From contig DAIDCO010000001.1 in assembly GCA_027309555.1 (NCBI GenBank), forward strand, positions 13,036 to 77,035: a stretch of 64,000 nucleotides of DNA. Direction: 5' to 3'. The stretch is from a bacterium. GTDB taxonomy: Archaea > Thermoplasmatota > Thermoplasmata > Lutacidiplasmatales > UBA184. The notes below the pieces were generated by a model. That model made no database searches and was not told where the DNA came from. It saw only the letters and a program-made list of their open reading frames with translations. Below, piece by piece: positions 63,610 through 64,000 of the stretch (position 1 is the first letter of the stretch; the number at the start of each line of letters is the position of its first letter). The position numbers were made by a program, and so were the translations under genes.

Positions 63610-64000
63610 CTAGGTACGCCGGGCCCTCCGAGCCCGGGGCGTCGCTCGGCGAGCCCCGCGGCGTCGACCGTGCGAACCGGTTCGTGTCGCGTTCCGCGAC
63701 CTTCCTCTACTCTGCGCCACCGTCGCGACCGGAGCGCCGACGCCCCGGCCCCGCAGGCGTAACACGATCGGGAGACGGTCCGGGTTCGCGAACAGCAGCA
63801 CGTAATCCCCCGGAGTCTGGGGGTCGAAGAAGATCCGCGCCCGCCCGGCCAGCCGAACGCGTTGCACGTAGGGGCCGCCGGCGTGGCCGATCAGGAGCAC
63901 GAACGACCGGCCGGGCCGGGGGTTATCGAGCGAGACATCGATCTCGCAGGCCGGGGAGTCGAGACGCATGTCGACCCGGAGGGTCGACGCCGGCTCGATC
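63610..64000 (-). CDS. hypothetical protein (5' end possibly outside window)
   Basis: The frame stays open upstream of the ATG at 63969 to the window edge. The core looks like beta-strand and is followed by an R-rich tail. No family recognised. Confidence 0.3.
   Translation of the reverse strand, partial: IEPASTLRVDMRLDSPACEIDVSLDNPRPGRSFVLLIGHAGGPYVQRVRLAGRARIFFDPQTPGDYVLLFANPDRLPIVLRLRGRGVGAPVATVAQSRGRSRNATRTGSHGRRRGARRATPRARRARRT

Noticed and set aside
1-64000. CRISPR arrays, rRNA and tRNA genes
   Set aside because: I found no regularly spaced direct repeats, no rRNA-like conserved blocks and no GGTTCGAATCC-type T-loops with cloverleaf context while reading either strand.

Overview
High-G+C archaeal chromosomal segment. 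Hand counts of single 60-nt lines give about 63-70% G+C. Archaeal hallmarks are ABCE1, MptA-type GTP cyclohydrolase, Mre11/Rad50, a type-A RNase P RNA, and TATA-box promoters set about 25-30 nt from start codons. Housekeeping genes include pyrB-pyrI, thrS, a membrane H+-pyrophosphatase, an APC permease, two tandem SDRs, mre11-rad50, ABCE1 with a MacB/FtsX-type ABC transporter, mptA and a P-type ATPase. The centre (about 27-42 kb) is a sulfur/Fe-S supercluster: ferredoxin, sufU, sufD, intein-containing sufB, sufS, sufC, a SufR-like regulator, then cysM, a JAMM protease and a CysO-like carrier fused to its own E1-rhodanese. Accessory features are: (1) a ~4.2-kb integrase-bearing, low-G+C element inserted in the first codons of sufU, bounded by a 15-bp direct repeat and packed with small overlapping zinc-finger ORFs; (2) a LAGLIDADG intein in sufB; (3) a HepT/MNT toxin-antitoxin pair; (4) a decayed partial copy of the ABCE1-FtsX locus with an IS630-like transposase remnant; (5) a frameshifted second integrase beside a low-G+C block encoding a beta-helix (tailspike/pectate-lyase-like) protein and a TylF-like methyltransferase. 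I saw no rRNA, tRNA or CRISPR array. Many long ORFs in the track are antisense or off-frame artefacts of the high G+C. All family assignments come from motif recognition by eye and no searches were run.
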